Origin: a virus
Lineage: Duplodnaviria; Caudoviricetes
Length of the DNA: 57,144 nt
Virus record (IMG/VR): IMGVR_UViG_3300022178_004562
Location: 1 to 57,144 of that record
Strand: one strand, 5' to 3'
Part shown: positions 54,815 to 57,144 of the stretch, piece by piece
Position numbering within the stretch: position 1 is the stretch's first letter
Layout: each line of letters begins with the position of its first letter
Position numbers and translations under genes: made by a program
Notes under the pieces: model-generated
Databases searched by the model: none
Told to the model about the DNA's origin: nothing
Seen by the model: the letters and a program-made list of their open reading frames with translations, nothing else

Positions 54815-57144
54815 TTATCGACTAAATTTAAGTGCTCCGAGTATTTGGTTCACGGGTGCAAATGCTCCGGTAAACTTATACACTTTGCCTTTATACTTAA
54901 AGACTAGACCTTCTGATGGTACAATTGCTTCTGGTCCACCTATAGCGGATAACTTTTCCAATTGATTTTTTACTAATTTTATCTTCTTGACGTCATCTCC
55001 CTTTTGGATGTCCTTTATAGCTTTATCTAATCCCTTTTGCATTCTTTGAACAGAAGCTGATGGATTTGCTGCTGTAAATCCTTTTATATTTTTTAATATT
55101 TCTGCTCCAAGTTGAAAGAATAACATCTCAAATGGTTTCATATTACTTTTTATTGTAGCGGCATGATCGTTTTTATCAAATCCTAGTGCCCAATTTAAAA
55201 ATTCTGGACTATCACTAAGTGCCTTTTTGATATCCGGTATCTTAAATGACTTATCACCAAAAGCCCATCTCCGAACTAGACCTCTAAATGTCATATCATT
55301 TAAACGTGAAGAATACTTCTTTTCTGCTTGTTGTATAAATGTTTCCCAATAACGTTGATGATACAGAGCTAACGTATCTGCATCCTTTAGAGAATACTTG
55401 GTTTGCAGCTTAGATACCTTGGAGTTGTAGTATGATTGTCTCTTTCCAAAATTTTGACTCTTTGGAACCTTGAGAAAATTAGGCTTGGATATCTTATAAT
55501 GTTTTTGTACGTTTTGATTAACTTGACGTATCATACCCTCCAATGCTCTTGCACTATCCGGTACATTTCCTGTAGGACTACCAGCATCATTATACCTCAG
55601 TGCTCCATGAAAAACTATTTCAGCCTTGTCGTAATTTACAACATTTGCTGATTTGGGCCACATTACTTCAAGATTCATAAAAGAACTACCATTTTGAAAT
55701 ATCTTGGTTCTTTGTTTTTCTGACAATTTCCCTATAGCCTTTTGGAGATCCTTCATGGCAAATACAAATGCATTCTCTATATCTCCTCTACCTTTGAACA
55801 TTGTCTGAATGCCTTTGACGTCTGGTGCTGTTTTACCTGCATTTTTCAAATGTCCTTTGTTCCTTGCAGCTATCAACTTACCATTTTTCCAACTTATCAT
55901 TAAGTTTTGACCATCTAGCTTTTCCGTTACATTATCTTCTCGGTCAAGAGTTCCTTGTAATCCATTTTCAATAATAGCTCTTAGGTCTCCAAAAGTGAGA
56001 TCCATATCATCAAAAGGATGTGCCATGTGTCCATATGCACCTCCCTCGGTAAGAATGTCTTTCCACCATTTCTTAGTAAATAATTGTTCTTCTACTACAC
56101 TCATCTTGTTGTGTTGGTCCTTTTCATCTTTTGGTTCCGTTGGGTCAGGTTGGTCAACTCTTGGATTTGTTGATTTGATTGGTTCCTTGGAAGATTGTTT
56201 AATTGAATCATCAGCCGAAATAAAATCTACAAGATTCCATCCCAGTCTTACTATACTTCTGTTAATGTTTTGCAACCACTTATCAAATGCCGGCTTACCT
56301 TTTAGATCAGCTAGTATATTGGTACCAGCGTTGGCTCCAACCAAACCCGCAGGGAAGTATGTAACTGCTCCGGTAGGTCCGTTTGGATAGTAGGTATCGT
56401 GTTCTTCAAATTCCATATCAGGTACTATATAATTTACTACCCTGTATCCCAGCTTAGCAGCTTCTCGCTCAGCTGATTTCCGATATGTATTTTGATTTCC
56501 ATACCAATATCTTGGTCCATCATCTACAAAACCCCCAGCTGTATTTGACGTAACTGAAGATTCAATAATATTTGTTTTGATTACAAATTCTTCTATATCT
56601 GACTTTGATACTATTCTATACTTTAGAAGAGGTCTTCCGTTAATTGTAATATCACCTTTTTCATTCTTTCCTATATCCTTAACAACAATTGGTTTATTCT
56701 TAAACCTACCTCCCAAGACAGTATCTCCTACCTCTATTGGTACCGAGATAGATTCGTTCATATCCAATGATTCTATAGAATTAAACATATCAACTGCGTT
56801 TTCTTGATTCATCATTGATATTGCTTGATCTCGATCTACCCACACATATTCACTATGCTCATGCGACAACTCAACATTCTTGCTATTTGTCTTACCCAAG
56901 TAGATTGTGATATCTTTTTGCTTAGATGTACCAAAGTTTACGGTATAGATAAACTCAAAATTTTTAATAGTATTGGAAACTGTTATACCAGTCTCTTCAT
57001 AAGTTTCCCTGGTTGCTCCCTGTAGCGGAGTTTCTCCTTTTCGTAAGTGTCCCTTTGGTGGTCCCCAATATGTACTATCCCTCAGCAACAAATATTCCTT
57101 CTTTCCAGTCTTGTCTAAATGATATACCATGAACCCTGCTACTT
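54815..57144 (-). CDS. Multidomain protein: Nudix hydrolase plus C-terminal KxDG nucleotidyltransferase/ligase-like domain; 5' end outside the window
   Basis: Perfect Nudix box GHLRKGETPLQGATRETYEETGI; frame open to the edge (VAGF-MVY); TEKLDGQN...AARNKG...EG.V motifs. Confidence 0.75.
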   Translation of the reverse strand, partial: VAGFMVYHLDKTGKKEYLLLRDSTYWGPPKGHLRKGETPLQGATRETYEETGITVSNTIKNFEFIYTVNFGTSKQKDITIYLGKTNSKNVELSHEHSEYVWVDRDQAISMMNQENAVDMFNSIESLDMNESISVPIEVGDTVLGGRFKNKPIVVKDIGKNEKGDITINGRPLLKYRIVSKSDIEEFVIKTNIIESSVTSNTAGGFVDDGPRYWYGNQNTYRKSAEREAAKLGYRVVNYIVPDMEFEEHDTYYPNGPTGAVTYFPAGLVGANAGTNILADLKGKPAFDKWLQNINRSIVRLGWNLVDFISADDSIKQSSKEPIKSTNPRVDQPDPTEPKDEKDQHNKMSVVEEQLFTKKWWKDILTEGGAYGHMAHPFDDMDLTFGDLRAIIENGLQGTLDREDNVTEKLDGQNLMISWKNGKLIAARNKGHLKNAGKTAPDVKGIQTMFKGRGDIENAFVFAMKDLQKAIGKLSEKQRTKIFQNGSSFMNLEVMWPKSANVVNYDKAEIVFHGALRYNDAGSPTGNVPDSARALEGMIRQVNQNVQKHYKISKPNFLKVPKSQNFGKRQSYYNSKVSKLQTKYSLKDADTLALYHQRYWETFIQQAEKKYSSRLNDMTFRGLVRRWAFGDKSFKIPDIKKALSDSPEFLNWALGFDKNDHAATIKSNMKPFEMLFFQLGAEILKNIKGFTAANPSASVQRMQKGLDKAIKDIQKGDDVKKIKLVKNQLEKLSAIGGPEAIVPSEGLVFKYKGKVYKFTGAFAPVNQILGALKFSR

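Larger units (their letters stand above)
1..57144 (-). mobile_element. Segment of a T4-like myovirus genome (bS21-encoding)
   Basis: T4-type head, neck, tail and replication modules, all co-oriented; no integrase or host housekeeping context. Confidence 0.95.

Noticed and set aside
273-57025. All plus-strand ORFs in the track
   Set aside because: Short antisense shadows of well-supported minus-strand genes, with no motifs or SDs
1-57144. Genome-wide UGA reassignment (genetic code 4/25)
   Set aside because: UGA terminates normal genes (portal 50183, 53590, 53997, 18495, 19428), Trp is encoded by TGG, and long genes have no internal UGA; only two site-specific cases were found
1-57144. tRNA, rRNA, introns, inteins or integrase
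   Set aside because: No cloverleaf-sized gap with tRNA motifs was seen; PolB, NrdJ, helicase and TerL are of normal length without intein motifs; a tRNAscan/Infernal run would be needed to be certain

Overview
A 57 kb slice of a large T4-like (myovirus) phage genome, with all credible genes on the minus strand. In transcription order (right to left): a Nudix/KxDG-ligase-like polyprotein, terminase, portal, prohead protease, an actin-like ATPase, ribosomal protein bS21, scaffold, major capsid, neck, sheath, tube, GH108 lysin, tail chaperone, tape measure and baseplate. Next come a divergent PolA and an array of small proteins with capsid-targeting-like leaders, then PhoH, SSB, RecA, 5'-3' exonuclease, helicase, class II RNR, a TonB-dependent receptor, PolB and a 7-deazaguanine (Que) cluster. 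The most striking signals are translational recoding sites missed by the ORF track. (1) A hidden 105-aa gene (19428-19745) has an in-frame UGA followed by a bacterial SECIS-like hairpin, making it a candidate phage selenoprotein that may be virion-packaged. (2) The exonuclease gene is interrupted inside its first catalytic motif by CUC-UGA-CUU, just after a perfect 14-bp stem; a 6-nt ribosomal stop-hop would restore the expected motif. (3) A U7 +1/-2 frameshift candidate lies in the tail chaperone. A compact H-type pseudoknot also precedes the TonB-dependent receptor. All family assignments come from motif recognition, not database searches. Host identity (FCB-type diderm, probably Sec-utilising) is inference.
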